Source: Balanoglossus misakiensis
Lineage: Eukaryota; Animalia; Hemichordata
NCBI GenBank assembly: GCA_040954595.2
Contig: CM082591.2
Span: forward strand, 7,244,047 to 7,308,046
Direction of reading: 5' to 3'
DNA length: 64,000 bases
Positions 13,829 to 26,005 of the stretch are shown in pieces (position 1 is the first letter of the stretch; every line of letters begins with the position of its first letter). A program made the position numbers and the translations under genes. The notes under the pieces are model-generated. The model worked only from the letters and a program-made list of their open reading frames with translations, was not told where the DNA came from and did not search any database.

Positions 13829-16800
13829 TATAATAATAATAATAATTTATTTCTGCATAATGTAGGCCTCCGGCCCCTTATATGAATACAGAATCTTGAA
13901 GTCGTTCAAGTGACACCGTCCTAAGAGTGAATTATAATAACATGTCATGAGGAAAGAAGAACAAACAAATAAACAAACAACCAACCAATTCTAACGCTCA
14001 CTCTGATTCTTTAACTCTGAACGCATGAAAGATAAATAAAGCTAAATTCTTGATTTGATTTACATCTTTTGTCTCCATTAAAGTTTCTAAAGAGTATAGG
14101 GAAGGGGACCTGTAAAATTCACATGGCAGGTACTTTTTCCTCAAAAAATCCCAGAAAGGGCATACTAACAGAAACTGATATTCACCTTCTATATCTTTCT
14201 GACAAAATTTACAGATCCTCAACACCTTGTATATTTGTCTGTGACGCCCAGTTTCAATTTCTAGTCGATGGCTTCCATATCTAAATCTTGCCAAGGCTCG
14301 GCGATACTTGAAAAAATCAATACATGAAATATACAGTTCGGGTGTTAAATCTGTTTTGAAATTCCTGTAATAGTTTGTTTTCTCATTTGTACTTACATCC
14401 GACCACCATTCCTGCCTTTTTACATCATTTACTCTTGTTATAAATTCTGACAGAAAAATATCTGTGTCACCTACACCTTGATTTAACCACACGCGCCCTA
14501 GGCCACAACAAAACAACATCTTTTTCACATCGGTAGCCCTGCTGTATGTTTTCCTTGTTTGTCTTTTTCAAGTAACATTTTGTATGCTTTATGTGGAAGT
14601 CGTGACTCTGACATTCCTAGTATATGGATCCAGTACTTAACACATCTTTTTACATAATAACAGAACAAAGGTAATCTACCGCAATCTCCCAGAACTGTAT
14701 ATCTTGAACGTGCTACTTGACACACCTAAAAATCGCCAGCAATATAATGAGTGAACTCTTTCCAAATGTTCATATGGTTGAAAACCCAATACTTCTGACC
14801 CGTAACTAAGTACGGGTAAAATAAAAACATCAAACATTTTAAAATACATTTCTGGAGGTAAGTATTTCATGTTCTTAATATATTTTCCAAGTGTAAACAT
14901 TTTTTTTCCTGGCTTTTACAGCCATAATTTTTCGTAGTTACCGCTAATGAAATTTTGGTAGAAATAACTAGACCAAGATATTCGTAGGCGCTTTCAACTT
15001 TTAACTCTTGTCCACCGAAAAACCAACACTCATATCTACTAAGGTACCCGCCTTTCCTGTATACAACCACTTTTGTTTTTGATAAATTAACCTTCATTTT
15101 CCATTTCACAGTAAAATCATACAGGATTTCAGTAAGTCTTTTTAAGCCAACAACTGAGTTTGAAAACAAAACAATATCGTCAGCATATAATAAAAGAAAT
15201 AACTGGAGAGCATCATTTGGAAGTAACTGAATTCCGCTTAATCCAGAATTCTCCAACACGTTTACAAGCTCATTTATATAAAAGCTAAATAAAATCAGAC
15301 TTAACAAACAGCCTTGACGAACGCCCTTCTGCAAATCAAACAGATCTGAAGTAACATCAGCAACCCTCACACTGGCTTTCACATCGGCATACATAGCTTT
15401 CAGCATTTCATACATTTTCCCGTCAATGCCATCCAAGGCAAGTCTATACAAAAGGCGGGTTCTGTCAACAGAGTCGAACGCTTTCTCAAAATCAATATAA
15501 AGGCAGTACAATTTCTTTCCTCTTCCCAGTAGCGATTTCTGGATTATGGCGTATAATGTAAAAAAGTGGTCCACCGTTGAATAGCCTTTACGAAACCCCG
15601 CTTGGCATTCTGGGATAGACTCGCTCAGATTTGCCCACTCTTTTATGCGTTCGTTAAGAACGCTCGTGAAAAGTTTACTAAAAACACTTAGCAGTGTAAT
15701 AGCTCTATAATTATCAAGTTTGCTAGGATCATTTTTCTTGAAAATAGGCACAATTGTACCAATTGCCCAACTCCTTGGGAACACACCCTGATCAAAAATA
15801 ACATTGTACAAGTTATTTAGGAAGGGTAACAGAATATCTGTTGAATTCTTAAAGAATTCTGCTACTAACATATAAGGCCCTGCTGATTTATTGTTCTTAT
15901 AAGCTTACTGATGGCCTTCAGAATCTCATCATCAGTAATCATACCATTCAAAATATTCGAGAACATTAAATTACCATTTATCGACTCATGTACCCTAAAT
16001 GGATCAAACTCATTTAGGAACTTATCCAGTTCGCTTATAAAAACTGAATTTAAGGTTGTATCCTCTACTGACACTTCAAAAAGCGTCGAAAAATATGTCA
16101 GCCATTCGTCCAGTGATATTAAACCGTGCTGCTGATGACCGTTTCCTTAGTTTAATTACACTCCAAATACTCTTTTCATCTGTCATATTTCTTCTTATTA
16201 AAACCTGTTCTTTCTCGTCATATTCTCGCTTTTTACAGCGTGTCAAGTTTTTATAACAACTTTTTTCCCCTCTTATAATTATCAAAATCCTTTTTTAAAC
16301 CTGAGTTACGAAATCTCTGTAAACTTTTCTGCATGTTTGTTTTTGACTTCGAACACTCAGAATCAAACCAATCCATTCTGCAGTGGTAATCTCTATGATT
16401 TCATCTAACCAAAGAAAACATATCTTTCGCAGCACTTTTCAAAACATGCATCACCCCCTCAACATCATCATTAACGCCCAGGTCATTTACAAACCGCAAG
16501 TTATGCAAAGAATCTCTATTTTCGCCAGAGCTGAGGTTTTCTTTGAATTCTTGTAACAATTATAATCATTTCGCCAACGTACAGTTTTGACTAGAGTACT
16601 ACTGTGTACTTTACACTTATATTGAATATTTACTTTGAAGGTGCAACATACAGGTAAATGGTCCGATTCATCTCGTATCGGTACCGAAAACGACATTACA
16701 CTGGAGAATAAATCTCGTGATACAAGTACATAGTCTACAACACTTCGCCCTTCATTTGAAATACAAGTAAATTCCCCTTTACCAGAATCTTCCTTTCTGC

Positions 16801-16856
16801 CATTTAACATATACGACATGTCTTTGCACAGTGTAATTAATGATAACCCAAAGTTA
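13829..16856 (-). mobile_element. 5'-truncated, frameshifted non-LTR retrotransposon ORF2 (APE end, reverse transcriptase, C-terminal Cys/His motif); RTE/RTEX-like
   Basis: SVVDY (APE), YRAITLLS, QAGFRKG, DFEKAFDSV, GVRQGCLLS, LLYADD, SHRLEIETGR..CKFC..EYxFLLVCP; (TTA)n 3' tail at ~13829-13846. Confidence 0.9.
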
Positions 16857-16890
16857 TAGTAATCATTCTGTCTGGTTTAGATGTGAAAAA

Positions 16891-18755
16891 CAATGTTCTG
16901 AGTTAGCCACCTTGCTCTGATGATATTGTCATGAACCAACTACCATGACAAGTCAAGGGCCAAACTACCAAGGTCATAGGTCATTTTAACTGCATGAGGT
17001 GGTCAGGTCAACACCCAGGACAGGGCAATGAGTTTGAAGGGAGATGTAAAACGGTATTTGTGATTGGTTAAGAAAATGAAAATGAATAGACAGAAATATT
17101 TATGTAACACATATTATGCATGACAGTCTGAAGAACAAAAACAGAATTTATAGATTAAATAAGGCTAAAGCCCATAAACCCACCACCTACATTTAATACC
17201 TGCAACTCCATCAAAGCTTCCATTTTCCTAGTAGACAACTGCTCTTTGGCCATAGTATACCGCTGTCCGTAACTGGGCAATAATACTATCTTTGACCTTG
17301 CCATATGCCGAAGAAGTTGCACTTCTCATATCACGCTGCAAGACTGGTTTGCTGGCAGCAAATCTAACAGTGGAAGAACGAAAAAAGATGTTTGCTGGCA
17401 GCAAATCTAACAGTGGAAGAATGAAAAAAAGATGAGTGATTATCAATTTCATTTTTATAAAACGACCACGGGGGTGTGAATCTTTGCAACTTCTGGAGCA
17501 TGGGTCTAAATATTACTACACGCATCACGAGTGTCTGGATGATTTCTATGATTCGATCAAGACCGTCATTGAGAAGATTTTATCTAACATTAAAAACTGT
17601 CCATTCAAAGTGTATGCAGTACAGTTAGATGAGGCATGTCATCTTTACCACTTTGATGATTTATGTTAGATTTGTAAATGTAGATGGCGAAGTGGAATCA
17701 CATTTTCTAAGTGTGAATAAATTAGAGGGTTGTACTGCTTTAGATATTTATGACGTCATTTCTAGTCTTTTGGTTGATAAACAACTCAATACTGCCAATT
17801 TAATATGTCTTGCCACGGACGGAGCAAGTGTCATGAGGTGAGTGAAAACAGGTGTTACAACCAGATTTAGAGAACACAACCATTTTCTTGTTGCAAATCA
17901 TTGGTTGGCACATAGACTAGCACTTGCAAGTGAGAAAGCAGCAAATCGGGTGCCAAACCTGATTAAATACATACGTGACCTGAATGAGATGGGTAAATTG
18001 TTAAAAGTTTTTCGCCTAAATTACTCAGAATGCTTGAAATGAGCAAATCTGCTCATGGTGAATCGGCAGCCAAAAAAATCAAACAAGTGTTTTTCACTCG
18101 ATGGCTTTCATTCAGTGGTTGTGTAGATGCTCTTGTTGGTTGCTTAGACAGTGTAATTTCATGGTTAGTACAAATTTCACATGATTCGAACCACAAAGAT
18201 TTAGCAGTGAGGCTGAGGGATGTTAAAACGAGTTGCAACATATACCAGTTTATTGCCATGACATACTTTGCAGCTGATGCCATTGGGTTGTTAGCAAGAT
18301 TGTGTAAGTCTATGCAAAGAGTCGGCATTTCATGTGTGGATTAACATGAAGGACTAGATCTGCTTTCTCTAATATGATGACTAGAGTAGAAAGGCACAAT
18401 GCTTCCTTGCAGAATGATGATTGTGATGTAGACAGCATCCTTGAATCTGTAAAAAATGTTGCTTCCCATGTAGAAAATATTCACCTCTTTGTTAAATGAA
18501 AAGGACATTGATGCATAATTGTAGAGTGGAATACTGTATGAATGTTCATTGAATATTGGAAATAAAACTCTGCAAACACGAGAGAAATGTGTTGACTTTT
18601 TAATTTAATGTACATGCACAACAAGATGAAAATTCACACGAGAAACAATATTTTTGTAAAAAAAGTGTGGCTAATGAAATCTTCTTGTGGCTAATCAAAA
18701 AATGAAACTATTAGCTACAGTGGCTAATAAATGTCAAAACCCAGCGCTAACACAG
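16891..18755 (+). mobile_element. Decayed hAT transposon (ZNF862-like transposase) with subterminal GTGGCTAA/TTAGCCAC repeats
   Basis: VQLDEA, ATDGASVM, HxxAHRLAL and TRWLS motifs across frameshifted ORFs 17436-18344. Confidence 0.85.
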
Positions 18756-21700
18756 TTATCCCCCCCCCCCCCTCAGGTGGCAGACTTCAATCCTTTCATG
18801 GCAAAGTACAATTAATCAAAACCTTTATTTTTTACATTTATGAAAGAGACCAGGCACCTTTGATTTGGTGAATATGTAAATATTTCAGGTACTACTTGAT
18901 TCATTGCAAAAAATAAACCATTAATACTCTACTTGTTGGTATTATTCATACCTGTTGTTGTCAATTTGGAATCTTGTCAGAGATCATGTCACTGCACTTG
19001 TTATGAAAATACAGAACCATGAATTTAGTCAATGATAGAAGAAAACTGCTGACTCAGCATTTTCCATCAATGGTTTGTCTATATAGGTAAAACTTTTAAC
19101 AAAATTTATCACAAAATAGAGCGCGGTGACCACACAATTTTATTTGACCAATGAATTTATTTTTACATGACTGAGCTATGTGTAAAATTTTGTGAAAATA
19201 GTAGTTTGTTTTCCAGCAATTATCAATGTAATCCTACGGAAAAAAGACACACATGCACTCTTTATCACTTATGTTTTGCACGTACATCCTTAACTGTTGC
19301 AACTGGCTTTATCTGCAATAAACCTTATCTGACCTTTACCTCATATATCCAACTGTCCTGTTAACACACATTATATGGAAATCTAAAACAGAAAGAAATA
19401 TATTTCAATTGAATAGAAGATGACAAAGTTCCAGTCGCCAAAGAATATTTAAAACATTTGATGAATATTTAGTTAGTTGAACTTTGACAGAGAGCAGACT
19501 AGATGTACAACACAGATATTTACTGAGATCACATGACAATCGTGCTTGGTATCTCGAGGTACACAAAATCTGACTCGGAGACTTTTCTGCCATTTTTTCC
19601 CGGTGATCATGTCACCCGCAGAGCTCCTGATACAGTTGTGTGCCTCAGGACAGAATTTCTACCTGGTGAAGGAATCAACTTATCTGTTACAACACTAAGA
19701 GGTAATGTTGCATTGAACTTGGTGTGATTTTCTGTCTTTTTCTTTCAGTCCTCCAACTAAAGCCACACCTTTTTCATTTTCATGTAACAGAAACACACCT
19801 TTAAAGAATTATATTGGAATTAACGCAACAATTCGGCGCCCAAACTTTTCTTGGCTTGAAAGATGACCAGAATATTGTGAATATTGTGAATACCAATATA
19901 CATGTATTTACATGCGACTAATATCACTTATTTCAGATGTACCTGGATTGAAGCTCTAACTAGGGAAGGAATCAACCACTCAGCAACAACCGTTTTGAGA
20001 GGTATGTTCTACTGGAGCTGATGATTTATTATCTTGTTTTTAACTGAATACACTGAATACATATAGCCCTGGTAGGTGACATGTTGTAAATGGGTGGTGG
20101 CAAAGAGATTCCAAACTCTGATATCACATCTACAACACAGGTATGTGACAAGTACTGAGCAGCTCTGTGGTACTTGGAACCAGACTCAGGGATTTCTCCT
20201 GTTTATGACAATTGAACTTACTGTAGCTTTGGCAGTGAACCATGCATTGGAGTTCTACCTTGTGAAGGAATCAACCACTCCGTTACAAATTTTTAAATTA
20301 AGGTGGCATTGCATGAAACCGTCGAGGCCTATTTCTCATCAAAGACAACGTTAAAACCCCAATAAACCATATATATTCTGGAAGCTGAGTTTTTGAACTT
20401 TTGTTTGAGTTAGAACGGAAATGGAGGCGTTTTTGGGATAAAAAACAAACATTTTTTGATATTATGTCATTCAATTTAATTTAGGTAAAAAAGTTGACCA
20501 TGCATCATGCATCTTCATATATCATTCGAAAGTAGAGTACACGTGCAAAAAAACTGTAATTTTGTTTCCCGTTATTTGCTTCCATTGAGGAGTAACAGCG
20601 TTTGAAAGTTAGATTTTTAGAAAATTTGATCATATTCACAGTGAGTTGTATTGAATCAGAGTTTATTCCCGCCAGGGACACTCTATCGACTAAAAAATCC
20701 GTTTTGTTGGATGGGTCATACACAATCCCCTGTTAAAATTTGAGCAAATTCGGCCAACGCAGAGCGAAGCTATTTTTCTCTGAAGTTGTCAAGAGCAGCG
20801 AAAATGCAAACTGAGAAAAACAGCCATTTGCATTGTTGACACCTATTTGTTAAGGTGGCATTGCAGGAAAAGTTGTGATTTTTGCCAAATTTTACTTTTT
20901 TACATAAATCGATAGGCCTTATACAGACCCACACCCTGACAAATACGTCTTGGCGGAAATGGTGCATAATCACCCCAAAATAGCACTTTTCTGAATGAGT
21001 TCACAGTTCAAGTGGGATATACCACTCAAAAAAATTAAATTCGAGCCCTGAGTAATGATTGGCATTTTAACATATTTCTCCCAAGAACACTTTTGATGGA
21101 TCATTTCAAACCTAAACTTTACAAATACCATAATGCTGCTGGTAACTGTGGTCTGCACACTGCAAATATTTGATAAGATTACAAGGTACCAAAAATAGAT
21201 TGTGATCACACACCTTTAAGTGATGATAACAGAATTTAGATTAAGGTTTAGCTATTCTGTCCATTATACTTGGACATAGTGTTAATGTACCCTATAGCAT
21301 AGTTAACATTTAAACCATGTACATATTGTACCCTGTGACCTCATTTGACCTTCCAGGCTCCACTGCCCTTCCACAGTATCAATCTGTCAATCATGTAGAA
21401 TAAATGTACATGTATATTAACTACATGTTATGGCCATGGCAACAAAGTTCACACTGAACCAATGTCACTTTCATAGTTTTTGGAGTTATTTTTAAAATTT
21501 TGAAGAAAAATTAAGAACAGAAATAAATTGTAGATGCAGTCGCTACATATACTGAGTGTTGACAAAATAAATTAAGGCTGTTTTGAATTATTTTTACAGT
21601 TTATTTTGAGGGATTTTGAGACAAGACTGTTTGAAATTGAATGCATTCCGTCAACTTGGCATGTAAACAATCAAAAATTGGGTTCTTTTTTCCACATTTA

Positions 21701-21924
21701 CAAAGCTCATTTTGGAAAAAAAAATATTTCAGTCTACAGTCGCTTCATGTAACAAGTATGAATAATCCAAATTTGAGTCGTTTTGGAGAATTTTTACTCG
21801 TTTTTTCATGAAGTTTGACATGGAGCTGTCTGAAAGTTATGGTGTGCGGTCCACTTTCCATCAGATCTCCGTTGCATCCGAAAGGATAAGGCGATTTATC
21901 ATTTTTTGTGTGAAAATAAAATAT

Positions 21925-22700
21925 ACTGGTACTTGTTGTATATGTAATAACCCAGGGTACACTGTAACACTCGCTGAGCTTGATCTTGATCTTGTAAGAA
22001 GATGCACGAAGTTGGGATCCAGCAAATTTCCTGATGAAGCACCAATCGCCATCAATGGCGACAACCAAGTATCGGCTACGAGCATGTGATTATCTGCATG
22101 CAAATACACTAATTCGCCAACCTTGATGTCATTCTGGTGAGCAGTTTTGTTTCTGGACTTGGATAGCTGGCTGTACGGGTGGTTTATAATATGCGCTGTT
22201 CGTGTTGTTTGCTAATCAGTTCACGATCAGAAAGTGGGATCTGGTCATTGGTGAACTGGTTTCGCTGTGTCAGCATTTCCCGGGGAGATAAACAACGGCT
22301 CCTAATGCGGGAGTTGAGTCGTGCTGTAGCTATAGCCAGGTTAAGTGGACTGACAGAATCGCCACCAGGTTCTTGGCGAAGGAGCTCTTCTTCCAGCTCA
22401 TAGATGGCTTTTTCTGCAACTGGGTTTTTGTTGGGGTTCTTTATGCAGCCTATATCGATGCATATGCGCAAATGGTGGAGAGTCTGGTGCGTGGTCAACG
22501 CAAATGATGGCATGTGGGCCGTCTAGTGGACGTAGCTCTATGCATATACGTGCAAGGCTGTCGCGAAGTGTAACATGGTTTTCATTCTCGATGATGCATG
22601 TTGATGTGTAAGAAGTTGTAGTTTCTCTGAGGACAAGAATGAGTTGTCGACTGCGCTTGAGGACATCAGCCGCGTAGTTAATACCAACAACTTCTGGGGG
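21925..22700 (-). mobile_element. LTR-retrotransposon (Gypsy-like) integrase C-terminal fragment
   Basis: RIDPAPGF, KNPNKNPVAEKAI.ELE.EL, LAIATARLNSRIR..LS.RE, RYLVVAIDGDWC.IRKF.GSQLR resemble invertebrate LTR-element integrase ends; frameshifted, no LTRs seen. Confidence 0.65.
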
Positions 22701-23164
22701 GTCTTCTGTTGTTTGCTCAGCTAGGCTGTTGGGCAGTTTCTTTAAGGAGGCGCATGTGTGGCATTTGGCCGTTTTGTACGAAGCGCTCCCATTTTTCTCT
22801 CAGTTCTTTGCTTTTGGGAAATCTATGTACACTACGGATAGTGTTTTTACAGCCCCCGACGACGCACTGTTTGACCATAATGATGGAAACGCGGGACTCT
22901 AGCTTTGGGCTAGGCTGTGCAACGATATCACTGTTTACATACTGGCAACGACTTCCCCCCAATGACGTCATGTCACATGTCTATACGCGGCAAATACGAA
23001 TTGAGATTTTTTCTGAGGGACATGAATTTCGACGATTTTATTAATGAATCATTAATTATAGAAAACCATAGCCAAAATATAATGTCTTGATTTGGATAAA
23101 ATGGTTATTTTACTAAATGAATGTTTAACACTCAAATGAAATAAAAATAGGTGTAATAATTCCT
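22700..23164 (-). mobile_element. THAP-domain start of a DNA transposon remnant (Kolobok-like end next to TTAA); second copy ~57020-57484
   Basis: MVKQCVVGGCKN...VHRFPK..ELREKW is a C2CH THAP N-terminus; the terminus reads TTAA-AGG on the minus strand. Confidence 0.55.
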
Positions 23165-23472
23165 TTAAGCTCCAACTATTCTGTCAATCACAGTAGGACA
23201 TGATTCAGCATGCAGACTATGGTTAATATTTAATCCTTCATGTTGTGGCCTGGCTTTACACTGACTGTGACCTCGTTTGACCTTTAGGGAGCTGCTTTAC
23301 AATCATGTCATATCACGTAGTATACCGGTAGAGTATGCAGTCATGAATATGTCACAATACTAATTACATACTGTCAAGTTTTCCCTAAAACAAATTTCAC
23401 CATCGCCTACCGGTACAGCAGTATTATACCGTACTGTATACTGGTATACTTCTTCCCAGCAGGAATGTAATT

Positions 23473-26005
23473 ATGTCAGAACCATCTGCAGCACTGGTTG
23501 TATTGAAATCATGGGACAAGGAGGCAAAGACCTCCCAACCAACTCAAGCTATAATCAAACATCTCAAAGAAAACACACTCCAGTCTGAGAATGTTTCTAA
23601 ATTCCTCTGTACTACCCTTGAAGTTGAAGTTAGTGAAGAACAAGAGAAAGATGCAGAGAGTGTTGATGCTACTTTGATCCCAGCTACAAAAAGCGAGTGG
23701 TTGGATCCTCATGAAGACCCCCCTGGAGTACACTGGCTTGTTAACCATAGCATTTACTTCCCAGGACTGAAGGATCTGAAAAACATCCAACATGTAGTTG
23801 GATATTCTCCAAACACACACAAAGCAGCAGCTGCAATTCGTAAAAGTCTCTTCCCTGAAGCCAAACTTCACCAACTCAGTCTTCCTGAACCACCACCTGT
23901 GGCAGCATTAATGGTCATGCAAACCTGGCAGACAGAATCAGAAGATCAGACAACAACACCAACTCATCAGCTTGTCACAAAATTTCGAGAAGAAACCCTG
24001 AAGTCAGAGAAAGTTTCTCAATCCTACTGTACTACACTTGATGTTGAAGTGAGTGAAGAACAAAGGAAAGATGCAGAGAAATTTGATGTTACTTTGATCC
24101 CAGCTACAAGAAATAAGTGGTCATCTGCAGATCCTCTTGAAGACCCCCCTGGGGTAAACTGGCTTATTAACCATGGTATATACTTCCCAGATCTGAAGAA
24201 ACTGAAAAACATCCAACATGTAGTCGGATATTCTCCAAAGACACACAATGCAGCAGCCGCAATTCATGAAAGTCTCTTCCCTGAAGCCAAACTTCACCAA
24301 CTCTCACTTCCTGAACCACCAGCTGCAGCGTTACTGCTACTACCAACCTGGGACACAACCTCAGAAGGGCAGATTACAAAACCAAGTCATATGCTTGTCA
24401 ATGAGTTCCATGAAAAGATAAAGTCTGAGAATGTTTCTGAATTCCTCTGTACTACCCTTGAAGTTGAAGTGAGTGAAGAACAAAAGAAAGATGCAAAGCG
24501 TTTGAATGTCACTTTGATCCCAGCCAAAAGAAACAAGTGGTTGGATCCAAAGAAAGATCCACCTGGAGAACACTGGCTTATTCACCATGTTACACACTTC
24601 CCAGGACTGAAGAAACTGAAAAACATCCAACACGTAGTCGGATATTCTCCACAGACACACAATGCAGCCAAAGCAATTCATGAAAGTCTCTTCCCTGAAG
24701 CCAAACTTCATCAACTCCATCTTCCACATCCACCTCCTGGGGCACTGTTTGTGTATAATGAATGGAACAAAGAAGATTGTGGCTTGACTGGGTTTCACAG
24801 AACTCTTGTACAAGATTTCTGTAAAAGGAAAGTCAAAGAAGGAAGAGCTTACTCCACTCTGGTTGGTGTCAAAGTCAGTGATGACCAGAAGGCAGATGCT
24901 GCCAAGTGTCAGGTTAAATTGATTGCAGCACGACAACCAGAAGACAAAACTGAACCAGAAGATGATCAGCCAAATTTAAAATGGTTGACGAAATATCATG
25001 AAATCTACTACCATCACCTCAGACAGCTACAAAACATCAAGTATGTTGTTGGTTATGCTCCAAGAACTGGATTCGCTGCTGCAAATATCAGAAAAAAGTT
25101 GTTTCCTAATGCAGAATTAGTGATGATCAACCATGCCTATGAAGAACGCAACTGTCTGTTGAAACAACCAAAAGGAAAGTTTAGTGAAATGATGCTGAAG
25201 CTGGCCAGTGAAGCTGACATCATCTTTTCTATTGGTCCAAGTATGTATGAGCATTTCAAGAACGAATACCGGGCTACCTTTGATGGCAGGGAACTACACA
25301 TGATCCCTCATGAAGAGATTTTCCCCAGACCTGCTGAAGTCTTTTTCAGAAAAGACACAACGTTCCTAGATGGAGTGACTACTCACAGCATACTGACATA
25401 CGGGCAGATTGATACACAAGAAGCCTTGGACAGATGTGAGACAATAGCAGCTGCTATTGGAAGTGCAGCAAACACGGTGAAAGACTTTCACAACAAACTT
25501 CTGAATTGGTCAATACGGGGAGCAGGTGAGGCTGAACTGAAGCACATTCTACAGCAGATGAACAGCAATCATGTAATGGCATATCCTCACCCAGATTACT
25601 CAGAAAAGACCTTAATGATATCAGTGCATCAATCTCATAGTTGTCTTCCTGTCTCTGTCTACAAGGACTATCCATATAGCGGTTTAGAAGCTATAGCAGT
25701 TGGACTACCAACCTATCCTGATGAATATTCCCAGCTTGGAAAGTTAGTCCAGAAATACTTCCCACACCATGCAGACAAATGTGTAGTGTCACACTCATAT
25801 GATAAGATTTCAAAGAAGATAATATGGAGTGTCAAGAACACCAGGTTAGCTTTTGAAGAAGCTAAGGAGCTGAAGAAGGCTCTCATGGAGTGTGAAGATG
25901 TCAACAAGTGTTACGCCAAATTCACCAGTTTGTTGACACCAGAGGAAATAAGGGAACAGGAAGACAGAGTTGACCCATGTGGCAAGGATACTGAAAATCC
26001 TGCAG
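23473..26005 (+). CDS. Exon 1 of copy B: three ~139-aa repeats followed by a GT4-type glycosyltransferase-like (GT-B fold) domain
   Basis: ORF 23473-26106 up to donor CAG|GTATGG. Motifs LFVYNEWNKEDCGLTGFHRTL, YVVGYAPRTG, VMINH, EADIIFSIGP and SGLEAIAVGLP resemble (from recall) the GT4 domains of invertebrate immune/conflict proteins (EW..GGLST.NREL, IVGHG..LG, ADFVV.VGP, ALEALSAGLP). Confidence 0.75.

Noticed and set aside
13820-13832. Shared target sequence AACACTATA at two LINE insertions (4833/5682 and 13822)
   Set aside because: The two elements are in opposite orientation relative to the motif and no TSD is visible for the second; probably coincidence in AT-rich DNA.
14867-15871. Reverse transcriptase acting as a DGR/retron-like diversifier of the NHL exon
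   Set aside because: It is a standard frameshifted non-LTR ORF2 with APE and (TTA)n tail; there is no template repeat and NHL differences are not adenine-specific.
23509-25907. Antisense ORFs overlapping exon 1 (and 29047-29790, 31320-31832, 58788-60205)
   Set aside because: Shadow frames of the + strand coding repeats with no independent motifs.
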